From: Squalus acanthias
Taxonomy: Eukaryota
Length of the DNA stretch: 64,000 bases
Assembly (NCBI GenBank): GCA_030390025.1
Contig: JASTWF010000110.1
Coordinates: 496,001 to 560,000 of the forward strand
Direction of reading: 5' to 3'
The notes beneath the pieces were generated by a model that saw only the letters and a list, made by a program, of their open reading frames with translations, had not been told where the DNA came from and did no database searches. Positions within the stretch are counted from its first letter, which is position 1, and every line of letters begins with the position of its first letter. This document shows positions 48,771-60,100 of this stretch, in pieces. A program made the position numbers and the translations under genes.

Positions 48771-48842
48771 CGGAGAGGGTTTAAAATAACTGATGAAACG
48801 CAAAATGTTGGTGAATTTAAAGAGATTTATTTCTCTGCACAT
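48771..48842 (-). pseudogene. Orphan leader exon (probably belonging originally to copy 10), 72 nt, 1-nt deletion
   Basis: ATGTGCAGAGAAATAAATCTC...CCCTCTCCG|gtaag. Its intron breaks at ~48385, almost exactly where the inverted intron-1 piece at 42645 begins. Confidence 0.8.
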
Positions 48843-49364
48843 AGTGAGCTCCGGGCCGCCCCGACACCACAGTAACGGGACACCGAGCAGGACTGAATGA
48901 GACGGAGGGACAGTTGCTCATGTGATGCAGGATAGCAAGCTGCGATCGTGAGCAGACAGCAGCGGAAGTGACCCATGGCAAAAGTGTATTTTCAACATCG
49001 CACCGAATTAATAGTATTTTATAGATCGGCTCCATAATGTTCATTGCGCTTTAAGTCTGCTTAAAATGGTGTGAGCAAAAATGACAGATGTTTTTACAAA
49101 TGATACAATCGTTGTTAAAAATATAAATGTGCAGATTAATCCAACATCACCTCTCCCCCCAAACCACAGGCTGAGCTGGTTCACGAGTTCGACTATTAGA
49201 TCATCAGCCAGTTCGCTGCTGAATCGCTCTCAGTTTATCAGTGACCATTTGGTTTCTGAAGATACCAGTAATGTAACAGTGTTACATTTCAATAGCAGCA
49301 CTGACTTCAAAACCATTCCAAGAAACAGCGATGATATCAACTGTCCTTTCTCTATTATAAACTT

Positions 49365-49412
49365 AGTAAATAAATCTGTTGGACTATAACCTGGTGTTGT
49401 GCGACTTCTCAT
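49365..49412 (+). mobile_element. Ultra-short Penelope terminus insertion
   Basis: aaataaatctgttggactataacctggtgttgtgcgacttctc between direct repeats tattataaactt (49353-49364, 49413-49424). Confidence 0.7.
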
Positions 49413-49669
49413 TATTATAAACTTGACTTTGTTTTGATGCCGAGGCTGCTCCAAGGAGTTTCCGCTCTCCCTGGGTCATGCACATTTCAAAGTTTTCAGC
49501 TCCTTACCAATAAGAATATTTCAGCATAAATCTAATGAAAGCATAGACAGCTTTGCCCAATCTAGTTTAGTGTACATCTCTTCACCAGCTAGCACAGGGT
49601 TAGGAGTTTGTCCGAGTGACACCACTGGGGGGCAGTGTCAAGAACAACTGGAATTTTTAAGAGCATTGA

Positions 49670-52600
49670 GTGAAATGTGTATTGATGTTAATCCAGCTCC
49701 CCCACACTGTCACTCAGAACTCCTTGCTCCGCACCGTGTTACTGACAGTATCTGTACTGATGTTAATCCATCTCCAACATGCTGTCACTCAGTAAACCCT
49801 CCTCAAGTCTCCTGTGTTACTGACTGTATCTGTAATGAGGTTAGTCCAGCTCCCTCACACTGCCACTCAGTAACCCCTTCCTCAGCACACTGTGTCACTG
49901 ACTGTATCTGTACTGATGTTAATCCAGCTCCCTCACACTGTCACTCAGTAACCCCTCCCCCAGAACCCTGTGTCACTGACTGTATCTGTACTAATGTTAA
50001 TCCAGCTCCCTCACACTGTCACTCAGTAACCCCTCCCCCAGCACCCTATATTACTGACTGTATCTGTACTAATGTTAATCCAGCTCCCTCACACTGTCAC
50101 TCAGTAACCACTCCCCCAGCACCCTGTATCACTGACTGTATCTGTACTGATGTTAATCCAGCTCCCTCACACTGTCACTCGGTAACCCTTCCGCCCAGCC
50201 CCCTGTGTTACTGACTGTATCTGTACTGATGTTAATCCAGCTCCAACACACTGTCACTCAGTAACCCTTCCGACCAGCCCCCTGTGTTACTGACTGTAGC
50301 TGTACTGACATTAAACCAACTCCCTCACACTGAACTAAGTATCCACACACCCCAGCCTCCTGTGTCACTGATTTTATCTGTACTGATGTTAATCCAGCTC
50401 CCCCACACTGTCACTCATTAACCCCTCTCCCCCCAGCACCCTGTTTCGCTGACTGTATCTGTAATGATATTAATCCAGCTCCCTCACACTGTCACTCAGT
50501 AACACATCTCCCAGTCCCCTTTTTCGCTGACTTTATCTGTACTGATGTTAATCCAGCTTCCTCACACTGTCACTCAGTAACCCCTCTCACCCAGCTCCAT
50601 GTATTACTGACTGTATCTGTACTGATGTTATTCCAGCTCCCTCAGACTGTCACTCAGAAACCCCTCCCCCAGCACCGTATCACTGACTGTATCTGTACTG
50701 ATGTTAATCCAGCTCCCTCACACTGTCACTCAGTAACCCCTCTCCCCCAGCCCCCTGTGCTACTGACTGTATCTGTACTGATGTTAATCCAGCTCTCTCA
50801 CATTGTCACTCAGTAACCCCTCCCCCCAGTCCCCTGTGTCACTGACTGTATCTCTACTGATGTTAATCCAGCTCCCTCACGCTGTCACTTAGTAACTCCT
50901 CCCCCAGCACCCTGTGTCACTGACTGTATCTGCACTGACATTCAACCAGCTCCTTCACACTGTCACACAGTAACCCATCCACCCAGCCCCCTGTGTTACA
51001 GACTGTATCTGTACTGATGTTAATCCAGCTTCCTCACACGGTCACTCAGTAACCCCTCTCCCCCAGCTCCCTGTATTACTGACTGTATCTGTACTGATGT
51101 TATTCCAGCTCCCTCACACTGTCACTCAGAAACCCCTCCCCCAGCACCGTGTCACTGACTGTATCTTTACTGATGTTAATCCAGCTCCCTCACACTGTCA
51201 CTCAGTAATCCCTCTCCCCCAGCACCCTGTGCTACTGACTGTATCTGTACTGATGTTAATCCAGCTCTCTCATATTGTCACTCAGTAACCCCTCCCCCAG
51301 CACCCTGTGTCACTGACTGTATCTGTACTGATGTTAATCCAGCTCCCTCACACTGTCACTTAGTCACCCCTCCCCCCAGCTCCCTCTGTCACTGACTGTA
51401 TCTTTACTGATGTTAGTCCAGCTCCCTCACACTGCCACTCAGTAACCCCTCTCCCCCCAGCACCCTCTGTCACTGACTGTATCTGTACTGATGTTAATCC
51501 AGCTCCCTCACACTGTCACTCAGTAACCCCTCCCCCCAGCACCCTGTGTCACTGACTGTATCTGTACTGATGTTAAACCAGCTCCCTCATACTGTCACTC
51601 AGTAACCCAACCCCCCAGCACCCTGTGTTACTGACTGTATCTGTACTAATGTTAATCCAGCTCCCTCACAGAGTCACTCAGTAACTCCTCCCCAGCTCCC
51701 ATTGACACTGACTGTATCTTTACTGATGTTAATCCAGCTCCCTCACTCTGTCACTCAGTAACCTCTCCCCCCAGCACCCTGTGTCACTGACTGTATCTGT
51801 ACTGATGTTAATCCAGCTCCCTCACAGAGTCACTCAGTAACTCCTCCCCCAGCTCCCATTGACACTGACTGTATCTTTACTGATGTTAATCCAGCTCCCT
51901 CACTCTGTCACTCAGTAACCTCTCCCCCCAGCTCCCTTTGACACTGACTGTATCTTTACTGATGTTAATCTAGCTCCCTCACACTGTCACTCAGTAACCA
52001 CTCCCCCAGCACCCTGTGTTACTGACTGTATCTTTACTGATGTTAATCCAGCTCCCTCACACTGCCACTCAGTAAATCCTCTCCCCCCAGCACCCTCTGT
52101 CACTGACTGTATCTGTACTGATGTTAATCCAGCTCCCTCACACTGTCACTCAGTAACCCCTCCCCAGCACCCTGTGTCACTGACTGTACCTGTACTGATG
52201 TTAATCCTGCTCCCTCACACTTTCACTCAGTAACCCCTCTCACAGTCCACTTTGTCACTGACTGTATCTGTAATGATGTTAATCCAGCTCCCTCACACAT
52301 TCGCTCAGTAACACCACCCCAGCACTCTGTGCTACTGACTATATCTGTACTGATGTAAATCCTGCTCTCTCAAACTGTCACTCAGTAACTCTTCCACCCA
52401 GCCCCCTGTGTTACTGACTGTATCTGTACTGATTTTAATCCAGCTCCCTCACACTGTTACTCAATAATCCCTCCCCAACACCCTGTGTCACTGACTTTAT
52501 CTGTACTAATATTAATCCAGCTCCCTCACACTGTCACTCAGTAACCCCTCTCTCAGTCCCCTTTGTCACTGACTGTATCTGTATTGAAGTTAATCCAGCT

Positions 52601-53630
52601 CCCTCACACTTTCACTCAGTAACCCCTCTCCCCCAGCACCCCGTGTTACTGACTGTATCTGTACTGATGTTAATCCAGCTCCCTCACACTTTCACTCAGT
52701 AACCCCTCCTCCAGCACCCTGTGTCACTGACTGTATCTGTACTGATGTTAATCCAGCTCCCTCACACTATCACTCATTAACCTCTCCCTCCAATGTCCTG
52801 TGTCACTGACTGTATCTGTACTGCTGTTAATCCAACTCCCTCACACTGTCACTCAGTAAACCCTCCCCACAGCCCCCTGTGTTACTGACTGTATCTGTAC
52901 TGACATTAAATCAGCTCCTTCACACTGTCACTCAGTAACCCCATCCCCAGCGCCCTGTGTTACTGACTGAATCTGTACTGATGTTAATCCAGCTCCCTCA
53001 CACTGTCACTCAATAACCCCTTGCCCCAGCGCCCTGTGTCACTGACTGAATCTGTACTGATGTTAATCCAGCTCCCTCACACTGTCACTCAATAACCCCT
53101 TGCCCCAGCGCCCTGTGTCACTGACTGTATCTGTACTGATGTTAATCCAGCTCCCTCACACTGTCACTCAGTAACACCTCTCCGAGTGCCCTGTGTTACT
53201 GACTGTATCTGTACTGATCCTAATTCAGCTCCCTCACCCTGTCACTCAGTAACAGCTCTACCAGTCCCCTGTGTTACTGTCTGTATCTGTACTGATGTTA
53301 ATTCAGCTCCCCCACACTGTCACTCAGTAACACCTCTCCGAGTGCCCTGTGTTACTGACTGTATCTGTACTGATGTTAATTCAGCTCCCCCACACTGTCA
53401 CTCAGTAACACCTCTCCCAGTCACCTGTGTTACTGACTATCTGTACTGATGTTAATCCAAGTCCCTCACACTGTCACTTAGTAACCCCTCACCCTCCAGC
53501 CCCCTGTGTCACTGACTGTATCTGTACTGACATTAAACCAGCTGCCTCTCACTTTTACTCAGTAACCCCTCCCCCAGCACCCTGTGCTACTCACTGTATC
53601 TTTAGTTATTTTAATCCAGCTCTTTTCCAG
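49670..53630. repeat. Tandem satellite, ~78-80-bp unit, about 50 copies
   Basis: Consensus actgactgtatctgtactgatgttaatccagctccctcacactgtcactcagtaacccctcccccagcaccctgtgtc. Confidence 0.95.
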
Positions 53631-53989
53631 CCCTGCCCCCACCTTCCCCCTCCAGTGTTATGCTGTTTTCCCAATCTAATTCCAGTGGAAACTGTTCCGA
53701 ACTATTTTTAAATATTAGCATCACAATCTTCCTCGGCGCTGGAAATACTCTTTGTTATGTGTGGTTTTGGGAGCGGGCGTCAGGTAGGAATCAACAGCAA
53801 AATGGAATTGCTACTCTCGCGGTCCCCATGGCCCTATACTACTTGTTGAATTGATGTGTAACTGCAGTGAATGGTGTGTTTATATTTATTGATTGTAGTG
53901 AGGAGCTGTCTTACATCAGGGAGCCACACCACTGAAATAAAGATTCGTCAGTGCCACCAGATCACAAGATCACTTTCGGATGGAAATCC

Positions 53990-54560
53990 TTTGTCCCATT
54001 GATCTAATCCTTCGAGACCCCAACCCAACCATTTCCTCATTGCAGTCACTGTTCCTTCAATAAACCCAAAGTCCTGCCCTCGCCCACCCTCCCTTGTAGC
54101 CCATTCCAACTGTTGACCACTCCCTGTGTAAAGAAATACTTCCTCATGTCTGTCCCTCTTGTTCCTCACATCCCTGACCCTGCGCCTTCCTGTTCTGCTG
54201 CCTTGGTGTCTTTGAAAGTTTGATTGCAGCTATATTTTCTTTGTCTTTTTAAGTATGTTATATACCTCCATAGGTTTCCCTCTGGGAGGTTCATCAGACT
54301 GAAGAGCCACAGCTTAACTCGGCATTCCTCATAGATCTTTCCTCTAAAGCCAAGGTCCAAGCATCTCCATCCTCTGCCACAACCTGGAATGTCCCCATAG
54401 TTCACAGTGACCAAACCTGACTGCAGTACTCCAGGTGAGGCCTGACCTGTGACCTCTGGGCATTGACACTGTACTGGCTTGACATCATAACCCAGCATCC
54501 TTTTCACTTTGTTTTAGCCTCACACTGTTAGACATAGTGAATGTCAAATCAAGTAATACC
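53990..54560 (-). mobile_element. Old, highly decayed CR1 3' remnant
   Basis: Reverse complement retains a ggtcaggcctcacctggagtactgcagtc (VRPHLEYC) segment and an aggaagtatttctttacacagggagtggtcaac segment. Confidence 0.55.
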
Positions 54561-54624
54561 TTAGATGTCTTTCAACTCCACCCCCCCCCCCCCCCCGCTC
54601 ACCCCCTTGGCAAGTTATATCCCA

Positions 54625-55545
54625 AAATTGAGAGGTCACACAACACCAGGTTATAGTCCAACAGTTTTATTTGAAATCACAAGCTTTTGGAGCTATCGAT
54701 TGCCCCTTCCTCAGGTGAAGTAAATAGATACAGAATCGCCAAAGCATATATAGATAGACAACAAAGCATGTGTACCTTACAATTGCAGACAACTAAATTA
54801 AATCATCCTGACTATCTGCCGAGGTGTGATAAAGTTAATCAGGTCAGCCAGGAAGGTACCACATCAAAGACATAGCAAGATACAACTGAGACAATGAGGT
54901 GTAGTCGCAGGGGTTCTAACATGTCAAAAGCTGCCGTCTGTATGTAAAACGAAAAGCTTTAAAAATTTTACTTTTTTACTGGGAAAATCTTTACTTTTTT
55001 ACTGGGAATCACATCTGTGAATAAGCCAACGACGACTCGAGTCCGGATCACGTCATGTATCGTGACATAAACCCAAGATCCCGGTTGAGACCGTCTTCAT
55101 GAGTGCGGAACTTGGCTATCAGTTTCTGCTCGATGATTTTGCGTTGTCGTGTGTTTCTAAGGTTATCTAAAGTAAAAATTTTCCCAGTAAAAAAGTTAAA
55201 ATTTTAAAGCTTTTCGTTTTACATACAGACGGCAGCTTTTGACACGTTAGATCCCCTGCGACTACACCTCATTGTCTCAGTTGTATCTTGCTATGTCTTT
55301 GATGTGGTACCTTCCTGGCTGACCTGATTAACTTTATCACACCTCGGCAATTGTAAGGTACATATGCTTTGTTGTCTATCTATATATGCTTTGGCGATTC
55401 TGTATCTATTTACTTCACCTGAGGAAGGGGCAATCGATAGCTCCGAAAGCTTGTGATTTCAAATAAAACTGTTGGACTATAACCTGGTGTTGTGCGACCT
55501 CTCAATTTTGTCCACCCCAGTCCAACACCGGCATCTCCGCATCAT
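54625..55545. mobile_element. Penelope-like element with long inverted arms (~54624-54990 / ~55170-55509), a central GIY-YIG C-terminal remnant and hammerhead motifs
   Basis: TSD aagttatatccca (54612-54624, 55546-55558). Minus-strand LRNTRQRKIIEQKLIAKFRTHEDGLNRDLGFMSRY at ~55055-55160. Confidence 0.85.
55413..55456 (+). ncRNA. Minimal hammerhead ribozyme motif
   Basis: UCAC-CUGAGGA-A-GGGGC aaucgaua GCUCC-GAAAGCU-U-GUGA. The mirror copy at ~54677-54720 has GAAA>AAAA. Confidence 0.65.
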
Positions 55546-55844
55546 AAGTTATATCCCACCCATGAAGCCTTCCATTGACCCTACCTTGTAGTTGCAATTT
55601 AGTTAGGTGGTCATGTATTACTGTACACATGGAGCTGGTGAATACCTCCATAGTCACCCAGGCCTTGCAGAGTACTTGGCAGACACTCAAATGGCTGTGT
55701 GAAACGCTGACACTCAGTAAGTTTCCTTTGTACTGAGTGAGCTCCCAGTCCCTGAGCTCAGTAGTCGAATCAGGACTTGATCTTTCTGCTCCTTGACCGT
55801 CAGCTCCACTTGTTCTTCCTCATGGACATGCAGTGTGTACTAGC

Positions 55845-56070
55845 TACAGGATACACTGCAGCAACTCGCCAAGGCTTCTTCGGCAGCCCCTCCCAAACCC
55901 GCGACCTCTACCACCTAGAAGGACAAGGGCAGCAGGTGCATGGGAACACCACCACCTCCAAGTACCCCTCCAAGTCACACACCATCCTGACTTGGAAATA
56001 TATCGACTTGAACCCAAACCTTCTGAATCAGAGGCGAGGGTGCTACCCACAGAGCCAGTGCTGACACAAC
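55845..56070. mobile_element. LINE fragment (same family as 39.3-40.1 kb, + strand) fused to an antisense tRNA-SINE head
   Basis: HCSNSPRLLRQPLPNPRPLPPRRTRAAGAWEH; then gacttgaacccaaaccttctgaatcagaggcgag (B-box complement). Confidence 0.65.
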
Positions 56071-56099
56071 ATAGAGTAAAGATATGGGGGGGGGGGGGG

Positions 56100-56300
56100 T
56101 GGACTCGCTGCTAATCCGCTCCTGCGACTCAAGGAGACAGTGTTGACTTGCTCTGCCACTTCTATCCAGGCATTTGCTTTGAAGAGAGCAGCATCTTTTT
56201 TGCTGCACCACTTGGATGAAGGGCTCAAGGGCGCCTCCTGCTCCTGTTCGTCCCGTTCTCCAATCTGCCAGGGCGCCAAAATGAGCTTGGCACTTCTCCC
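56100..56300 (-). mobile_element. Possible PIF/Harbinger Myb/SANT-like gene remnant
   Basis: Minus-strand AWIEVAEQVNTVSLSRR resembles the W..vA..vN...S...R helix of Harbinger-associated Myb/SANT proteins. Confidence 0.4.
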
Positions 56301-57139
56301 GACTGTAAGAGTTGCCGCTCCCCAGTTATCATGGCCGGTTCCTTACTCCTGGCGCAATGTAGGTAGGCAGTGTGTGTGTGTTATTATAACAGGCTCGGTT
56401 TTTATCAAGTCACGGTTGTGGTGGGCAGCCTCACCCGCGGGAGCAAAGATTGGGAAATTGTGGGCGCTTCCTCCCGAATCTTCCAACAGGCGGTCCCGGC
56501 AGACAAGACTCCCCACCAGCAGCCCAGGTGTGTAAAATCGGCCGTCGCCTTGCAAACTGATGTGAGGTCAGCTGTGCTGGCACTGTTTACATCGTACGTG
56601 TGCAATAATCTGGTCCTCCCAACACTTCCACAATATACAGAAGGCCTGATTCACTCCTCCGACAATGCGAATGAATGGGGCAATGCTCGCCAACCGTTGT
56701 TTTCACCGCATGCCGGCAATAACCAGAACAAGCTAACTCGTGACCAGCAGCAACAGTTTCAGCCAGACTCCTCCTCCCTTCTCCATTTCTAGTTTAAATG
56801 AATCCCAACTGCTGTCCGTTTAAAGAAAAGGAAAGAGAGAGAGTTGCATTTATATAGCGCCTTTCACGACCTCAGGACGTCCCAAGCGCTTCACAGCCAA
56901 TGAAGCACTTCTGAAGTGCAGTCACTGTTGTTATTTTCTGCACTTTATTCTATTAACTTCAAACATGTCAACACATCCCTCCATTAGATGGCGAGCAAGA
57001 GCAATTATTTCTGAAGAGCTTTCTCACAGTATCATTGATTTAAAGGGAAGGGTACATATATTTTATTGATTTAAAGGGAATGATGCAAATGTAAATGATA
57101 TAAATGGTGTGGAATGAGGGGAATGATACAGAGGGAGGG

Positions 57140-60100
57140 TGCAGTTTGTGTTATGGAGTGAGGGGACAGTTTGTGTTATGGAGTGAGGGGACAGTTTGTG
57201 TTATGGAGTGAGGGGACAGTTTGTGTTATGGAGTGAGGGATCAGTTTGTGTTATGGACTGAGGGATCAGTTTGTGTTATGGAGTGAGGGATCAGTTTGTG
57301 TTATGGAGTGAGGGATCAGTTTGTGTTATGGTGTGAGGGGACAGTTTGTGTTATGGAGTGAGGGGACAGTTTGTGTTATGGACTGAGGGATCAGTTTGTG
57401 TTACGGAGTGAGGGGACAGTTTGTGTTATGGAGTGAGGGGACAGTTTCTGTTATGGAGTGAGGGATCAGTTTGTGTTATGGAGTGAGGGATCAGTTTGTG
57501 TTATAGAGTGAGGGATCAGTTTGTGTTATAGAGTGAGGGATCAGTTTGTGTTATGGAGTGAGGGATCAGTTTGTGTTATGGAGTGAGGGATCAGTTTGTG
57601 CAATGGAGTGAGGGATCAGTTTGTGTTATGGAGCGAGGGATCAGTTTGTGTTATGGAGCGAGCGATCAGTTTGTGTTACAGCGTGAGGGAGCAGTTTGTG
57701 TGATGGAATGATGGGACAGTTTGTGTTGTGGAGTGAGGGGACAGTTTGTGTTATGGAGTGAGGGGACAGTTTGTGTTGTGGAGTGAGGGGACAGTTTGTG
57801 TTATGGAGTGAGGGGACAGTTTGTGTTGTGGAGTGAGGGATCAGTTTGTGTTATGGAGTGAGGGATCAGTTTGTGTTATGGAGTGAGGGCGCAGTTTGTT
57901 TTATGGAGTGAGGGATCAGTTTGTGTTATGGAGTGAGGGATCAGTTTGTGTTATGGAGTAAGGGTGCAGTTTGTTTTATGAAGTGAGGGGATCAGTTTGT
58001 GTTATGGAGTGAAGGATCAGTTTGTGTTATGGAGTGAGGGATCAGTTTGTGTTATGGAGTGAGGGGACAGTTTGTGTTATGGAGTGAGGGATCAGTTTGT
58101 GTTATGGAGTGAGGGATCAGTTTGTGTTATGGAGTGAGGGATCAGTTTGTGTTATGGAGTGAGGGCGCAGTTTGTTTTATGGAGTGAGGGGATCAGTTTG
58201 TGTTATGGAGTGAGGGGACAGTTTGTGTTATGGAGTGAGGGGACAGTTTTTGTTGTGGAGTGAGTGGACAGTTTGTGTTGTGGAGTGAGGGGACAGTTTG
58301 TGTTGTGGAGTGAGGGGACAGTTTGTGTTGTGGAGTGAGGGGACAGTTTGTGTTGTGGAGTGAGGGGATAGTTTGTTTATGGAGTGAGGGGATAGTTGGT
58401 GTTATGGAGTGAGGGGACAGTTTGTGTTATGGAGTGAGGGATCAGTTTGTGTTATGGAGTGAGGTGAAAGTTTGTGTTATGGAGTGAGGGGACAGTTTGT
58501 GTTGTGGAGTGAGGGGACAGTTTGTGTTATGGAGTGAGGGGAGTGTTTGTGTTATGGAGTGAAGGGGATAGTTTGTGTTATGGAGAGAGGGGACAGTTTG
58601 TGTCATGGAGTGAGGGGGTAGTTTGTGTCATGGAGTGAGGGGACAGTTTGTGTCATGGAGTGAGGAGACAGATAGTGTTGTGGAGTGAGGGGGCAGTTTC
58701 TGTTGTGGAGTGAGGGGACAGTTTGTGTTATGGAGTGAGGGGTTTGTTTGTTTTATGGAGTGAGGGGATCAGTTTGTGTTATGGAGTGAAGGGGCTAGTT
58801 GGTGTAATGGAGTGAGGGGACAGTTTGTGTTATGGAGTGAGGGGACAGTTTGTGTTATGGAGTGAGGGGACAGTTTGTGTTATGGAGTGAGGGATCAGTT
58901 TGTGTTATGGAGTGAGGGATCAGTTTGTGTTATGGAGTGTGGGGACAGTTTGTGTTATGGAGTGAGGGATCAGTTTGTGTTATGGAGTGAGGGATCAGTT
59001 TGTGTTATGGAGTGAAGGGGCTAGTTGGTGTAATGGAGTGAGGGGACAGTTTGTGTTATGGAGTGAGGGGACAGTTTGTGTTATGGAGTGAGGGGACAGT
59101 TTGTGTTATGGAGTGAGGGATCAGTTTGTGTTATGGAGTGAGGGATCAGTTTGTGTTATGGAGTGAGGGGACAGTTTGTGTTATGGAGTGAGGGGACAGT
59201 TTGTGTTATGGAGTGAGGGGATCAGTTTGTGTTATGGAGTGAGGGAACAGTTCGTGTTGTGGAGTGAGGGGACTGTTTGTGTTGTGGAGTGAGGGGACAG
59301 TTTGTGTTATGCAGTGAGAGGATAGTTTCTGTTGTGGTGTGAGGGATCAGTTTGTGTTATGGAGTGAGGTGAAAGTTTGTGTTATGGAGTGAGGGGACAG
59401 TTTGTGTTGTGGAGTGAGGGGACAGTTTGTGTTATGGAGTGAGGGGACAGTTTGTGTTATGGAGAGAGGGGACAGCTTGTGTCATGGAGTGAGGGGGTAG
59501 TTTGTGTCATGGAGTGAGGGGACAGTTTGTGTCATGGAGTGAGGAGACAGATAGTGTTGTGGAGTGAGGGGGCAGTTTCTGTTGTGGAGTGAGGGGACAG
59601 TTTGTGTTATGGAGAGAGGGGACAGTTTGTGTTATGGAGTGAGGGGACAGTTTGTGTTGTGGAGTGAGGGATCAGTTTGTGTTGTGGAGTGAGGGATCAG
59701 TTTGTGTTATGGAGTGAGGGGACAGTTTGTGTTATGGAGTGAAGGGGATAGTTGGTGTTATGGAGTGAGGGGACAGTTTGTGTTGTGGAGTGAGGGGAGT
59801 GTTTGTGTTATGGAGTGAGGGCTCAGTTTGTGTTATGGAGTGAGGGGAGTGTTGGTGTTATGGAGTGAGGGGATCAGTTTGTGTTATGGAGTGAGGGGAC
59901 AGTTCGTTTTGTGGAGTGAGGGGACTGTTTGTGTTGTGGAGTGAGGGGACAGTTTGTGTTATGCAGTGAGAGGATAGTTTCTGTCGTGGTGTGAGGGATC
60001 AGTTTGTGTTATGGAGTGAGGTGAAAGTTTGTGTTATGGAGCGAGGGGACAGTTTGTGTTATGGAGTGAGGGGACTGTATGTGTTATGGAGTGAGGGATC

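Noticed and set aside
49570-50214. 214-aa Cys/Pro-rich ORF (keratin-associated or metallothionein-like look)
   Set aside because: Translation of a 78-bp satellite; neighbouring units of 79-80 bp break the frame.
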